Shown here one piece after another: positions 25,912-35,582 of a DNA stretch of 64,000 bases. Source of the DNA: Veleropilina oligotropha (lineage: Eukaryota). Position 1 is the first letter of the stretch, and every line of letters starts with the position of its first letter. Where the stretch lies: assembly GCA_048128005.1 (NCBI GenBank), contig JBEUKZ010000123.1, positions 310,001 through 374,000 on the forward strand. The letters run 5' to 3'. The notes below the pieces were generated by a model. It made no database searches, was not told the origin of the DNA, and saw only the letters and a list, made by a program, of their open reading frames with translations. The position numbers were made by a program, and so were the translations under genes.

Positions 25912-28900
25912 CAACCGCAAATCCTCGTTTCCGGTTACATTCCAGACACGTTAAGCGCACGTTGTCGCGGGTGTGGCCCCTGCTGTTGTCCACACGGTCG
26001 ACACTGAACTGCTGTGTGTCCTTCGGGGAATATGCCCAGAGCAGCTCTATGTTGCATGCTGCGCAGCGGTTGTTTTGGGCCTCTCTGAGCCGCAGGATGT
26101 CGTCGACCTTGAGGTTAAACCCCGGGAGTCCCGTTGCCTGGTCCTGGCATTTGTACGCCACAAGCTTTTTCTGGATGGTCTTTCGGAGCTGTTGCTCGGT
26201 TTGGGGCGCTTGGGGGGGCCTGTCCTCAGAACCCTCATCCGGTGGACACGTTACCCGCTCGAGCTGATGCAGCAGCTCCACCCGGGACACGGCTAGGTAG
26301 GCGAGATTACTCCACTGAAGGTAGTCGTCGATGATCCAGACTTTCTGTGGGTCGTGAATGGTAAGACCCTGGCTCGAATGGATGGTGAGAGCATAGCCCA
26401 GGCGCCAATCCGGGGTCAGGATCGCCCGCTCAGCGGCCTCAATGGTGACCTCGACGACGTCGTTCAGAACTAGCTCCTCTCTGTCGCTGGTGCCCGGAAT
26501 GGTTACCATGATGTTCTGTTTTCTGCTGTCCCTGGGGTGGTACAGGATCGGGACATAGGAGTCTGGGAAGTGCTCCTTGTGCCTCTGGAGCAACAGCTCT
26601 TGAGCTCGTTCGCGGACCTTCTGACGGCTTGTGAGGATTAGGTCGCCTGGCTTCCAGGTGTTGACGAACCGGTCCCATCCGAGGCAGCTGGGGAGGGTCC
26701 GTCGCATCTCGTCGCACTGGACTTTGTCGGGCTGGAGACGGATACGTCTTTTCAGGGCTTGGAGGGCAGGGTCGTCTTTCGCCCGGTAGTCTACTTCGAT
26801 CTCTTCATAGTAGTCCGCGGTCTTTCGCAGCCAATCGTGCGGCATCTCGCCCGTAATCGGTGGTGGCTGGCCTTGATCACCACAGCAGATAACCTGCACT
26901 TCGTGGCGGCCCAGCCAGTCCAAGAACATCTCTAGGATGTGCCGGGGAACAGTACAGACCTCGTCCCAGATAATGACGCGCGGGATGAACTTCTGACCCA
27001 TGCGATCAGGCGTCCAGTCGTTCTGGCCGCTCCATCGGAAGAAGCTGTGGTAGGTCTGGGCTTTGACGCCTCTGGTTCGCATCTCTTTAGCGAGGCGGTG
27101 GGTTGGTGTGAACACAACGGGATTCCTTGCCCGAAAGAGCTCGATCGCTCTCGTAGTCTTGCCACAGCCCCCTCCACCATTGAGGTAACTCAGGCGATGG
27201 TGGGTCAGTGTGTCATTGTAGCATGGCGCGGTGCTCGGCTGGCTGGAATTGGCGGCACAACAATACTCTGGCTTGGGTAGGTATGCGGCATGTTCCTGTG
27301 GCATATACAGCTGTTCGCCCTTGTCACGCCACTGGGCCGGTGCTACTGGCGGAAGGTACGGCTCCGCGATCAGACATGAGACGCACGATTTCTCGCCACA
27401 GTCGCAGAGTTTGGGGGCAACGTACACCGTGACATCGTCGAGCTTCTCCAACGAGGCCTTCTTGAGGTAGATGCTGTCAGTGGCTACCCGGACGGCTTCT
27501 GCTGCACTGAAACGCTGGACCATGCTCAAGAGGTTTATGTGGGCATAGGCCAACATGCTGGCCCTCAGGTGGGTGTACTGTGGCTGCGAGCCATCATAGT
27601 ATGTGAGGATGTGCCCCATAGGGCACCTTTGAGGTGCGCCGACCAGGGTACCGCTTTGGCGGGTGTCTCGCACCAGGAAGTCGAGCTCTCCCTGGTCAAT
27701 CACAAGCCTCCGTGTCAATCGTTTACCCTCGGCCTTGGCGCCTTGGGTGAATTTGCCGATGATACTGCAGCCCTGGTCACGATTCTCCGGAAGCCAGACA
27801 TCGGTCTGGGCTTTGAACGCGATAATGGCTTCTCGGATCTTGAGGCTTTTTAGCAGTCCAGAGTCTATGAGGAAGGCGAGCAGCGGGGTTGGTGCCCAGC
27901 TATTTTCTGCAAAGTGCTTGCCAAACCAGGCGGGGATGACGGGGTGGATGTCTTGTGCGAACTCCCACCCCACGACCTCAGCAAACCCGGTGCCGATATC
28001 TTCGGGAAGAGGACCGTTAATTGCGACCCGGGTCATGCTGTGGAGTGGGTGTCCGAATCTTTCGAAATAGGGCTTAGCCTTGCCCTTCCCCAGAAAGCTG
28101 GCAGGGTAGCAGGCTTTCATATCGATGCAGCAGACATCGCCCGTGTCGTAATTCATGGAATTCCAGAGACCGCCGTGGCCATGCTCTACGCAGGCCTTCT
28201 GGATATCATCGAGCAGGCCCGCTGGGGTAGGTTTCCAGCCGTTAGTCTCCTTAGCCATAATGCTAGCTGCATGGTTCTCGCCAAAGGCTCGATCGGCTAG
28301 GGACTCATTCCCCAGCGCTGTACAGGCTTCTTGAAGTCTCTTGTGAGCCTCTTTTGTCCGGTACGTGCGGCCATCTTGCAGCACGAACTGGTCCACACTG
28401 AGCTGTCGGTCTTTACCGCCTAGGAGCCAGACAGCCAATGGCTCATTCTGTGTGGCTTGTCGAATAGCTTCCCAGACATCGCCCTCATACAGGTGGACCT
28501 CGCGAGACTGCGGAAAGTGTAGGTCCTTCGACCAGGCGTGGCCGTTGTGACAGATGAGTTCTATGGACTTCCACATACTGGCCTGGTATTTCCCACTGTT
28601 GAAGATGTCCTCGCCGGCAATATCTCTCAAGACGATCGCCCGTTTGAGGATCCTCTCGAGGATGGATATATCATCCACAGTGGCGCCTGTTACATGAACT
28701 CGCTCTTCCCACTCCAGTATTTTCTGCCGCCTTGTCGGGGTGAGTCCGTGTCCTCTAAGGGCACCTTCGAAGTGCTCAACCACTCGTTGGGCAACGCAGT
28801 TGAGGTCGCCGTTCTTCATCGGAACCAGGTTGGCGGGGTTTGGTTCTCTGAGAGGATAGACGCCGTAGACGACTGCAGTGACCGGGTAGGCATTCTCGTA

Positions 28901-29734
28901 GTAGACCTTGTCGACCCCAGTGATAGCACCCGGCTTAGTGTCCTGAGAGATCTCAAAGACACCCTGGCCCTTCTTCCTCGCAGCTTTCACCGGGTCAAAC
29001 TTGTCTTCGACCACCCAGTCACCTTCACCCCACTCACGCAAGAACTTTATTCTAAGGACATACTCGCCCTTTGGAAGGGCTGTGAGGAGCTGTGCCGCCC
29101 TTGCATCTGTCATACGGGCATCCAGGGCCAGCCGTCCAGCCACTTCTACCCTCCACGTGGAGAAAGCCGCCGTGGCGCCATCGACCTCAAACTCGTCTTT
29201 GGCGTCGCTCAAGAGTTCCACCCATGGCTCTTTTGCTGGGAGCCTTACTGGGGGAGGGACCTGGTCATCCAGGTCGATGAATCGTTGTCCCTCGGGTGTG
29301 GTAAATTGCCCTAGAAGATCCTTCTGGGCTGTCCGGGGCGTTTTGGAGATGAGAAGATCGGGCCCCTTCCGAGCAATAGCATGGGCAAGGGTCTCTTTCC
29401 GAGACCGCTTGACGATTCGATCCGTGATGGCGCGAAGTGGCTTCAGTCGAATCGTGGGATTTTTCTCAGCCTGGGATTCGTATTTACGAGCCTGCAGGGC
29501 GGCGTCGACCTCGTCCTTAATCTGCCGCAACTCGCGAGCACGTCGGCCTCTTTTGTGGGGGTTCTCCACATCTCCACGTATGGAGGGGAACCTTCCCGTT
29601 TTCATCGCCCGCTCGAGTCTGCTCCGAAACTCCGCAGCACGGACCCTGGCGATTGCCCTGATGAGGTCGTGCTTCTTGAGCTTCGACCGAGCGGGAATCC
29701 CATAATCTTTCGCTAGATTGCGCAGGTCATCCAT
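25901..29734 (-). CDS. 1277-aa fusion: Rho-N-like helix, putative OTU-like protease, divergent family-B DNA polymerase, SF1 helicase, HNH-type nuclease
   Basis: N-terminal DLRNLAKDYGIPARSKLKKHDLIRAI. GDLNC(313)..HNGH(399). PolB motifs HGG, DMKACYP (D538), SIIGKF and ATDS (D753). Helicase motifs GGGGCGKT (K859), IWDE (924), GDQGQPPP, YRAKD, YALTIHSSQGLT and YLAVSR. C-terminal CAAC..SVDRVDNSRGHTRDNVRLTCLECN. Confidence 0.9.
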   Translation of the reverse strand: MDDLRNLAKDYGIPARSKLKKHDLIRAIARVRAAEFRSRLERAMKTGRFPSIRGDVENPHKRGRRARELRQIKDEVDAALQARKYESQAEKNPTIRLKPLRAITDRIVKRSRKETLAHAIARKGPDLLISKTPRTAQKDLLGQFTTPEGQRFIDLDDQVPPPVRLPAKEPWVELLSDAKDEFEVDGATAAFSTWRVEVAGRLALDARMTDARAAQLLTALPKGEYVLRIKFLREWGEGDWVVEDKFDPVKAARKKGQGVFEISQDTKPGAITGVDKVYYENAYPVTAVVYGVYPLREPNPANLVPMKNGDLNCVAQRVVEHFEGALRGHGLTPTRRQKILEWEERVHVTGATVDDISILERILKRAIVLRDIAGEDIFNSGKYQASMWKSIELICHNGHAWSKDLHFPQSREVHLYEGDVWEAIRQATQNEPLAVWLLGGKDRQLSVDQFVLQDGRTYRTKEAHKRLQEACTALGNESLADRAFGENHAASIMAKETNGWKPTPAGLLDDIQKACVEHGHGGLWNSMNYDTGDVCCIDMKACYPASFLGKGKAKPYFERFGHPLHSMTRVAINGPLPEDIGTGFAEVVGWEFAQDIHPVIPAWFGKHFAENSWAPTPLLAFLIDSGLLKSLKIREAIIAFKAQTDVWLPENRDQGCSIIGKFTQGAKAEGKRLTRRLVIDQGELDFLVRDTRQSGTLVGAPQRCPMGHILTYYDGSQPQYTHLRASMLAYAHINLLSMVQRFSAAEAVRVATDSIYLKKASLEKLDDVTVYVAPKLCDCGEKSCVSCLIAEPYLPPVAPAQWRDKGEQLYMPQEHAAYLPKPEYCCAANSSQPSTAPCYNDTLTHHRLSYLNGGGGCGKTTRAIELFRARNPVVFTPTHRLAKEMRTRGVKAQTYHSFFRWSGQNDWTPDRMGQKFIPRVIIWDEVCTVPRHILEMFLDWLGRHEVQVICCGDQGQPPPITGEMPHDWLRKTADYYEEIEVDYRAKDDPALQALKRRIRLQPDKVQCDEMRRTLPSCLGWDRFVNTWKPGDLILTSRQKVRERAQELLLQRHKEHFPDSYVPILYHPRDSRKQNIMVTIPGTSDREELVLNDVVEVTIEAAERAILTPDWRLGYALTIHSSQGLTIHDPQKVWIIDDYLQWSNLAYLAVSRVELLHQLERVTCPPDEGSEDRPPQAPQTEQQLRKTIQKKLVAYKCQDQATGLPGFNLKVDDILRLREAQNNRCAACNIELLWAYSPKDTQQFSVDRVDNSRGHTRDNVRLTCLECNRKRGFAVVNA

Positions 29735-29781
29735 GTTGCTGGGTGGGTATACACTAGGATTTCAGTTCTCTAATATGAAAT

Positions 29782-30075
29782 TTACGCGTGGTAAATTGCA
29801 GCCATACGGAGAAACTCTCTCTCGAAGGCTCGATTCTTTCGTCGCCAATCCCTAACGTTCGCAGTCAGATACCCACAGCCCTTACACAGCGTAAACCGGT
29901 TAAAGACGCCCTTCCCGCATTTGATGCAGGGCTTTGTGCCCCGGCCATTTCGCCGTTGCCGAGCCAGGTGGACTTTGCAGAACTCTCTCAGACATCTCTT
30001 ACCACATAGCTCCGTGGAGCTGATGGTGAGCCATTGACAGGTATCAGTGCCCCACATATTGATAGCGGTTATCAT
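29782..30075 (-). CDS. Element Cys-rich Zn-finger-like protein (~91-97 aa)
   Basis: C-x10-C-x3-C-x3-FCKVH plus CIKC..CKGC and a basic C-terminus; same strand as and directly upstream of the pol-helicase gene. Confidence 0.7.
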   Translation of the reverse strand: MITAINMWGTDTCQWLTISSTELCGKRCLREFCKVHLARQRRNGRGTKPCIKCGKGVFNRFTLCKGCGYLTANVRDWRRKNRAFEREFLRMAAIYHA

Positions 30076-30102
30076 CGCATATACCAGTCTCTAATAGAGA
30101 TT

Positions 30103-30384
30103 ATGACACTAAGATATCGAGCCCGGTGCACGGCGAGAAATAACCGGCATGTTAGACGTTGTGTAGTTATACTTGAAAGCAACATGCCACAGGAAGACAT
30201 TATTACGCTGTACAGCGAACGGAGCTTCAGGCGCGTTAAAAACCTCTTAAACCGGGGCTATAACGTTTTGATCGTTGTACTCGACAATGGTGAACAAGCG
30301 ATATATAAGAAGAAGACCAAAGACGGTAGAAAGGGAGTTGCACGAAATCAAACTCACCCCCCCTGCTACTGCTCGCATAACTGA
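30103..30384 (+). CDS. Element subterminal hypothetical ORF (~93 aa)
   Basis: ATG at 30103, divergent from the Zn-finger ORF; no motif recognised. Confidence 0.35.
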   Translation: MTLRYRARCTARNNRHVRRCVVILESNMPQEDIITLYSERSFRRVKNLLNRGYNVLIVVLDNGEQAIYKKKTKDGRKGVARNQTHPPCYCSHN

Positions 30385-30516
30385 GGAGCCCGGGCCGGCG
30401 AGGTAGTGGGCCATCCCTGGGGGCTCTATGTCGCTGTACACACGGTAACTTTTTTGTAATACACGATATACCCTGGGGTCTGAAATATAGCTGGGAGCCT
30501 TCCCGGTCGCCCCGGG

Positions 30517-30722
30517 GCCCTAGTCTAAACTCCCCTGCTGACTAGTCCGAGCTACCCTGAGTTCTGAAATGGTGCTGGGAGCCTTATTTTCCCATTCTAA
30601 AAAGTCTACTGACCCCCCCTGCTGCTGAGTTGAGATCCATATTAATTCTGAAAAGGTGCTGGGAGCCTTAATTTCCCTCGCCGCGCCCCCACATAAAAGG
30701 TATGGTCACCCCCCCTGCTGCT
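30517..30722 (-). repeat. Right TIR (206 bp)
   Basis: See left TIR. Confidence 0.95.
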
Positions 30723-31029
30723 AGATTACTCAATTACTGTAAAACTTGTTTTCTAATGCCTAGTCTTGATCTGTTTTTATAAAGCTTATATTTTGCCCCC
30801 CCCCCCCCCCCCCCAGTGTAGTGATTCATCTGAAAAAGTAGCTACTACCAACATTTCCTTTTCCTGTATGCATTTTGAATACCTGAATCATATCCCCGAT
30901 TATCATTCTGTCAAAATATGGTAATACTCTAAAGTCACTGATCAATTTTGTAGCTCTTCAAACTTGCTTCAGTACATTTAAGTTTATTTATATTATATAA
31001 TATTTTGAGTGGTTTCTTTGTTTCTTCAG

Positions 31030-31111
31030 GATGCCATGCTGTTCTGCGATGCGTGCGATAAAGGATATCACATGTCCTGTCACGATCCAGCGCTGTTTGA
31101 TAAACCCACAG
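31030..31111 (+). CDS. SAMD1: SAMD1-like exon 4 (PHD2)
   Basis: ttcttcag|DAMLFCDACDKGYHMSCHDPALFDKPT G|gtatag. Confidence 0.92.
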
Positions 31112-31447
31112 GTATAGACTTCACCATGAGTGATTCATCAAGGAGAGTCCAACATTCATATCGAGCAAGAATTATATGCATTTGATTCTCACCATTTCAT
31201 GGTACAGTGGATCCCACTAAATTGCATAATGCTTAATTGCGTATTTCGGATATTTGCATAATATCTGCAGGAACAGAATATGCAAATAATCGCTTAATCG
31301 CATGCATAATTGCCGGATTTTCGCTTAATTGCATAAGAAATTTTCGACCGCATAATTAACAAAGCAATACATAATTGTTCATAAATTCGCTAAATTGATC
31401 AAAATACTTGCGTATTTATTCGCCAGTATGTCTTGCTATGCCATCGT

Positions 31448-32400
31448 AAATAGAGAATCTCACATGAGTGGTGGTGGTGTAATATCACATTTATGAAACG
31501 AGTTTAACTAATTTTTATCCCCCACCCGAAGGGTAGCGGGGGATATTATTGTTGCCATGTCCGTCCGTCTGGCGTCCGTCCGTAAACAATTTGGTTAAAG
31601 TTTCGATTTGAGTGTATATAGCTTGCCCATGATACTTTTTGGCATGTATATGGTTTTGTAGGCGTTATATGGATGACACCTGTTGCTCTGGAAGTGAGAT
31701 TGAATGAAATTTAATATAATTATTGCATAAATGTCGGTGTTTTTTAACATAGACATTTTGGTTAAAGTTTCTGCCTAAAGTTTTTCATTGAGTGTATATG
31801 GGTTGTTGAAACAACATTCTGGTGTATATATGCTTTTGTATTGATAATATGAATGTCAACTGATACTATGGAAGTGATGCTGAATTTAAATTTAATATAA
31901 TTATTGCATAAAAATAGGTGTTTGTGGACATAGAAATTTTGGTTCAAGTTTTGTTGAAAATTTCAATGGGCACATGGGTTGTTCTAGGCACTGTTTTACA
32001 TCCATATACTGTACAGTGTAGTGTTTACTATATTGATGCTGCGCCCTCATCTCTAACTTGTCTAAGTAATTTATGATATAAATAACATGTGTAATTAGTG
32101 TTTGTGGGCATAGAAATTTTTGTTGAAGTTGAGTGAATTTTCATTCTATTCCAATATTGCATACATATTCTTTGGTGATGCTTATATTGATACCACCTTT
32201 TACTCTAGCAATGATATTGAATATTATTTTGTATAAATATTGAAGAAACTTCATGTGTTGGAACATAGAAATTTTGGTTAAAGTTTATATCAGAGTGAAT
32301 GCGGAAAGCGGGGGATGAATCCGTTTTCTAACGGATTCTTGTTATATTCGAGGAAAATATGAAAATTAGTTAGTTTCATAAATGTGATATTACACCACCA
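31448..32400 (-). mobile_element. Crypton-like 3' hairpin fragment, split by a HINE copy
   Basis: aaatagagaatctcacatgagtgg..gtaatatcacatttatgaaacgag is the reverse complement of the Crypton 3' end. The other arm resumes at ~32345. Confidence 0.7.
31512..32343 (+). mobile_element. HINE/DINE-1-like element family B copy 1
   Basis: tttttatcccc..gtagcgggggata, gtccgtccgtc, ~170-bp internal repeats, then 3' gcggggga plus stem-loop gaatccgtt..aacggattc and ttgtt. Confidence 0.75.
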
Positions 32401-33486
32401 TGTCGTTATGAATTATGGTAATTTAATTATTATTTTTATTTATATATGAAGACAACGTCTTATAAAGTTTTTTATATCAAATCATAATATGCTGTAATAA
32501 TTAAATCTCGCTAGAAATAATTATTCAATAATTGTAAAAAATATATCGATTCGAAATTAAAACATAGGCTAATTTTTCGACATGGCGGCCAATAACGCGA
32601 CACGTATTCAGCAGAAGAGAAATGTTCTGAATATGAATTTCCACACCATAGTAGTGTATGAAATGCGATGATGTGCTTTCGAAACCCATATCAATTCTGC
32701 TGAAACAGGCTAGTCACCTTCACGTTGGAATAACCACAAAATGTTGTGTATACAATCCGTATACAAATAAATTTATTACCAGATCATATATTTATAATAA
32801 AGACCCATTTTTATCCCCCGCCCGAAGGTAGCGGGGGATATTGTTGTTGCTATGTACGTCCGGCTGGGCGTCCGTCCGTCAATAAGTCCATAAACAATTT
32901 GGTTAAAGTTTCAAATTGAGTGTTTATGGCTTGCCCATGATACTTGTTTGGCATATATATGCTTTTGTAGGCATTATATGGATGACACCTGGTATTGAGA
33001 TTGAATAAAATTTAATATAATTATTGCATAAATGTAAGTGTTTTTGAACATAGAAATTTTGGTTCAAGTTTCTGGTTAAAGTTTTTCATTGAGTGTATAT
33101 GGGTTGTTGAAACAACATTCTGGTGTATATATGCTTTGGTATTGATAATATGAATGTCAACTGATACTATGGGAGTGATGCTGAATTAAATTTAATATAA
33201 TCATTGCATAAAAATAGGTGATTGTGGACATAGAAATTTTGGTTAAAGTTTTGTTTAAATGTTTCAATGGACATATAGGTTGTTCTAGGCACTGTTTTAC
33301 ATCCATATACATGTACTTTAGTGTTGACTAAATTGATGCTGCTCCCTCATCTGCAAGTGATTTATAATATAAATAACATGTGAAATTAGTGTTTGTGGAC
33401 ATAGAAATTTTTGTTAAAGTTGAGTGAATTTCCGTTCGTTGCCATTACTGTAAACCCCTATGTTTTAGCGGCCATAAAATTTAGCG

Positions 33487-35582
33487 ATTTATCACATATC
33501 TAGGTCATTCTCCCATAGTGCAACACCGTGTATTATTCGTCGTAATAAACGTGTGTCTAAGCCATATCCAAATGCGATTGGATGAATTAATTAATGAAAT
33601 TAGAACAGCCAATAGAAATGCGTGTCACTAAAGGTCGAGCGCACTATTTTCTTTACTCCCGTATTTACTTTATGCAAAAAACATGGCTGCATTCAATGGT
33701 TTTAATGTAGGCGACATCGTGACAATCGATGGTCGAGGTAGTGGAAAAATCATAGCATCGGCTACAAACAACAACAGTTTGGTAGAGATAATTGGAGCAG
33801 ATGCTGAGGTAACAATAGGCAATGAGAGATTGCAAAGACAGCCGAACTGCAACCAAACCGAAACATGTAGCGCTAGGCCAAAGCAGACGACAAATATCAG
33901 ATTCAAACCTGTCGGCGATACAGATATCGATAAAATAATAGATGATCAACAAAACAAGAAAACGGCACAAAAAACCTTATACGACATCAATTTATTCACG
34001 CGATTCTTACATTCGGAACCCATAAATGAACACAGAAAAATTCAGAACATACCACCATTAGAACTTAACAAGATTATATGCAAATTTTTAATAAGCGTCC
34101 GTAAAATAGATGGAGGAAATTATGAACCAAATTCACTGCGAGGAATGGTTGCCAGCTTTGATCACTACCTGAAGCGACACAAGTATGGGTACAGTATTAT
34201 TTCAAGTTTCGAGTTCACCCAAGTTACGGACGTGCTAAAATCCAAGCAACGAGAACTAAAACGAGAAGGAAAAGGCAACTTACCCAACAAGTGCGAGTCC
34301 ATTTCCGATGAAGAAATCGAGAAGCTGTGGCAATGTCATCAGCTGGGATCTGGCTCTCCAGAATCTATCCTAAACACGCTATGGTTTTTTAACACTGTCA
34401 ATTTCGGACTGCGTGGTGCGGCCGAACATCGCGACATGCAGTGGGGTGACATTGTGCTAGGTAGAGACCACAGCGGCTTGGAGTTCCTCGAATTCAACGA
34501 GTGGCAGACTAAAACTCGGACCGGCGACAATCCTCGTGATGTTCGACTTGTAAAGCCAAGATTGTGGGCTCTTACGAGTGGTATAATGCGCTGTCCAATC
34601 CGAATTTATAAGGTCTATCGAGAATTACGTCCTGCCAATGCCTGTTCCAGTGACGCTCCATTTTATCTGGCAACAAATACCAAAGGCACGCCAACGGCAG
34701 GACAGCAGTGGTTCAAAAATCAGCCGGTGGGCGTCAACAAATTGATGTCTCTGATGAAACGAATGGCTGCTGCCGCCGGGTTCGAAAAACATCTCACTAA
34801 TCACAGTGCCCGTAAACACTTAATCCAGAAGTTAAACGATAACAATGTTCCGCACACCCATATCATGCAAATATCCGGCCACAGCATTCACACGTGTTCC
34901 GCCAGCAAACTTCCACCCAGACACGAACTTAGCCTATCAGAGCGACGAACAATCCAATCAGTTTGTTTTCAACGTGTCCGGTGTCCATACCCTGTTTTCG
35001 GGTCCAGTTAGCAGTGGCACTTTCCATATAAATGTCGTCGGAAAGGAGAACGAATAAAATAAAACGTGCTCTCGTTGCTTCCATAAGAATGACCTACTTG
35101 AGACTGATATTTTAATTCCCGCGTTACTATTTTTGACAGTTACAGTTTTAAATTCAAATGAAAATTGATATTATAATATGTTCGTTTAGTATTATATTAA
35201 GTTATATCGTTCATTTTATATAGAATGTTTATTAATTATTAATATAAATGAAGCAAATACCTTGGAACTCTTTTTAGAACGCATTCCTACTAATTTATGT
35301 ACTGAATAAACATGACGTTTTTTTGCATAAAACTCTGAACGTATCACTACGCCCGTAATGTCGCGTTCACTTCATTCGTCTTATGTAGTTTGTTTCCTAC
35401 CAAAGATCGATATGTGATAAATAGAACCTCACACTCGTGATAATGTAATATCACATTTATGAAACTCGTTTAACTAATTTTCATATTTTCCTCGGCAAGC
35501 CTCGGAAAATATGAAAATTAGTTAAACTCGTTTCATAAATGTGATATTACATTACCACTCATATGAGATCCTCTATTTATCA
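33487..35582 (+). mobile_element. Crypton-like tyrosine-recombinase transposon
   Basis: Bounded by an ATTTATCA direct repeat; single YR ORF; long 3' hairpin. Confidence 0.85.
33683..35011 (+). CDS. Crypton-type tyrosine recombinase (DUF3504/KIAA1958/QRICH1-like), C-terminus damaged
   Basis: RKIDGGNYEPNSL, FGLRG (R), TKTR (K), CPIRIY, WFKNQPVGVNKL, TNHSARK (HxxR) and ISGH. The catalytic Tyr expected shortly after SGH is absent. Confidence 0.88.
   Translation: MAAFNGFNVGDIVTIDGRGSGKIIASATNNNSLVEIIGADAEVTIGNERLQRQPNCNQTETCSARPKQTTNIRFKPVGDTDIDKIIDDQQNKKTAQKTLYDINLFTRFLHSEPINEHRKIQNIPPLELNKIICKFLISVRKIDGGNYEPNSLRGMVASFDHYLKRHKYGYSIISSFEFTQVTDVLKSKQRELKREGKGNLPNKCESISDEEIEKLWQCHQLGSGSPESILNTLWFFNTVNFGLRGAAEHRDMQWGDIVLGRDHSGLEFLEFNEWQTKTRTGDNPRDVRLVKPRLWALTSGIMRCPIRIYKVYRELRPANACSSDAPFYLATNTKGTPTAGQQWFKNQPVGVNKLMSLMKRMAAAAGFEKHLTNHSARKHLIQKLNDNNVPHTHIMQISGHSIHTCSASKLPPRHELSLSERRTIQSVCFQRVRCPYPVFGSS

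Larger units (their letters stand above)
22992..30722. mobile_element. Miniature Polinton/Maverick-like self-synthesizing element (7,731 bp), no recognisable capsid module
   Basis: 206-bp TIRs, AG...CT termini and AGATT TSD (22987-22991 / 30723-30727). It carries a DDE integrase and a PolB-helicase fusion, has open uninterrupted ORFs, and is much more GC-rich than its flanks. Confidence 0.92.

Noticed and set aside
25962..29716. Many + strand ORFs (up to 258 aa) opposite the Pol-helicase gene as possible capsid genes
   Set aside because: They are antisense shadows of a GC-rich coding region, have no recognisable motifs and overlap the 1277-aa ORF entirely.
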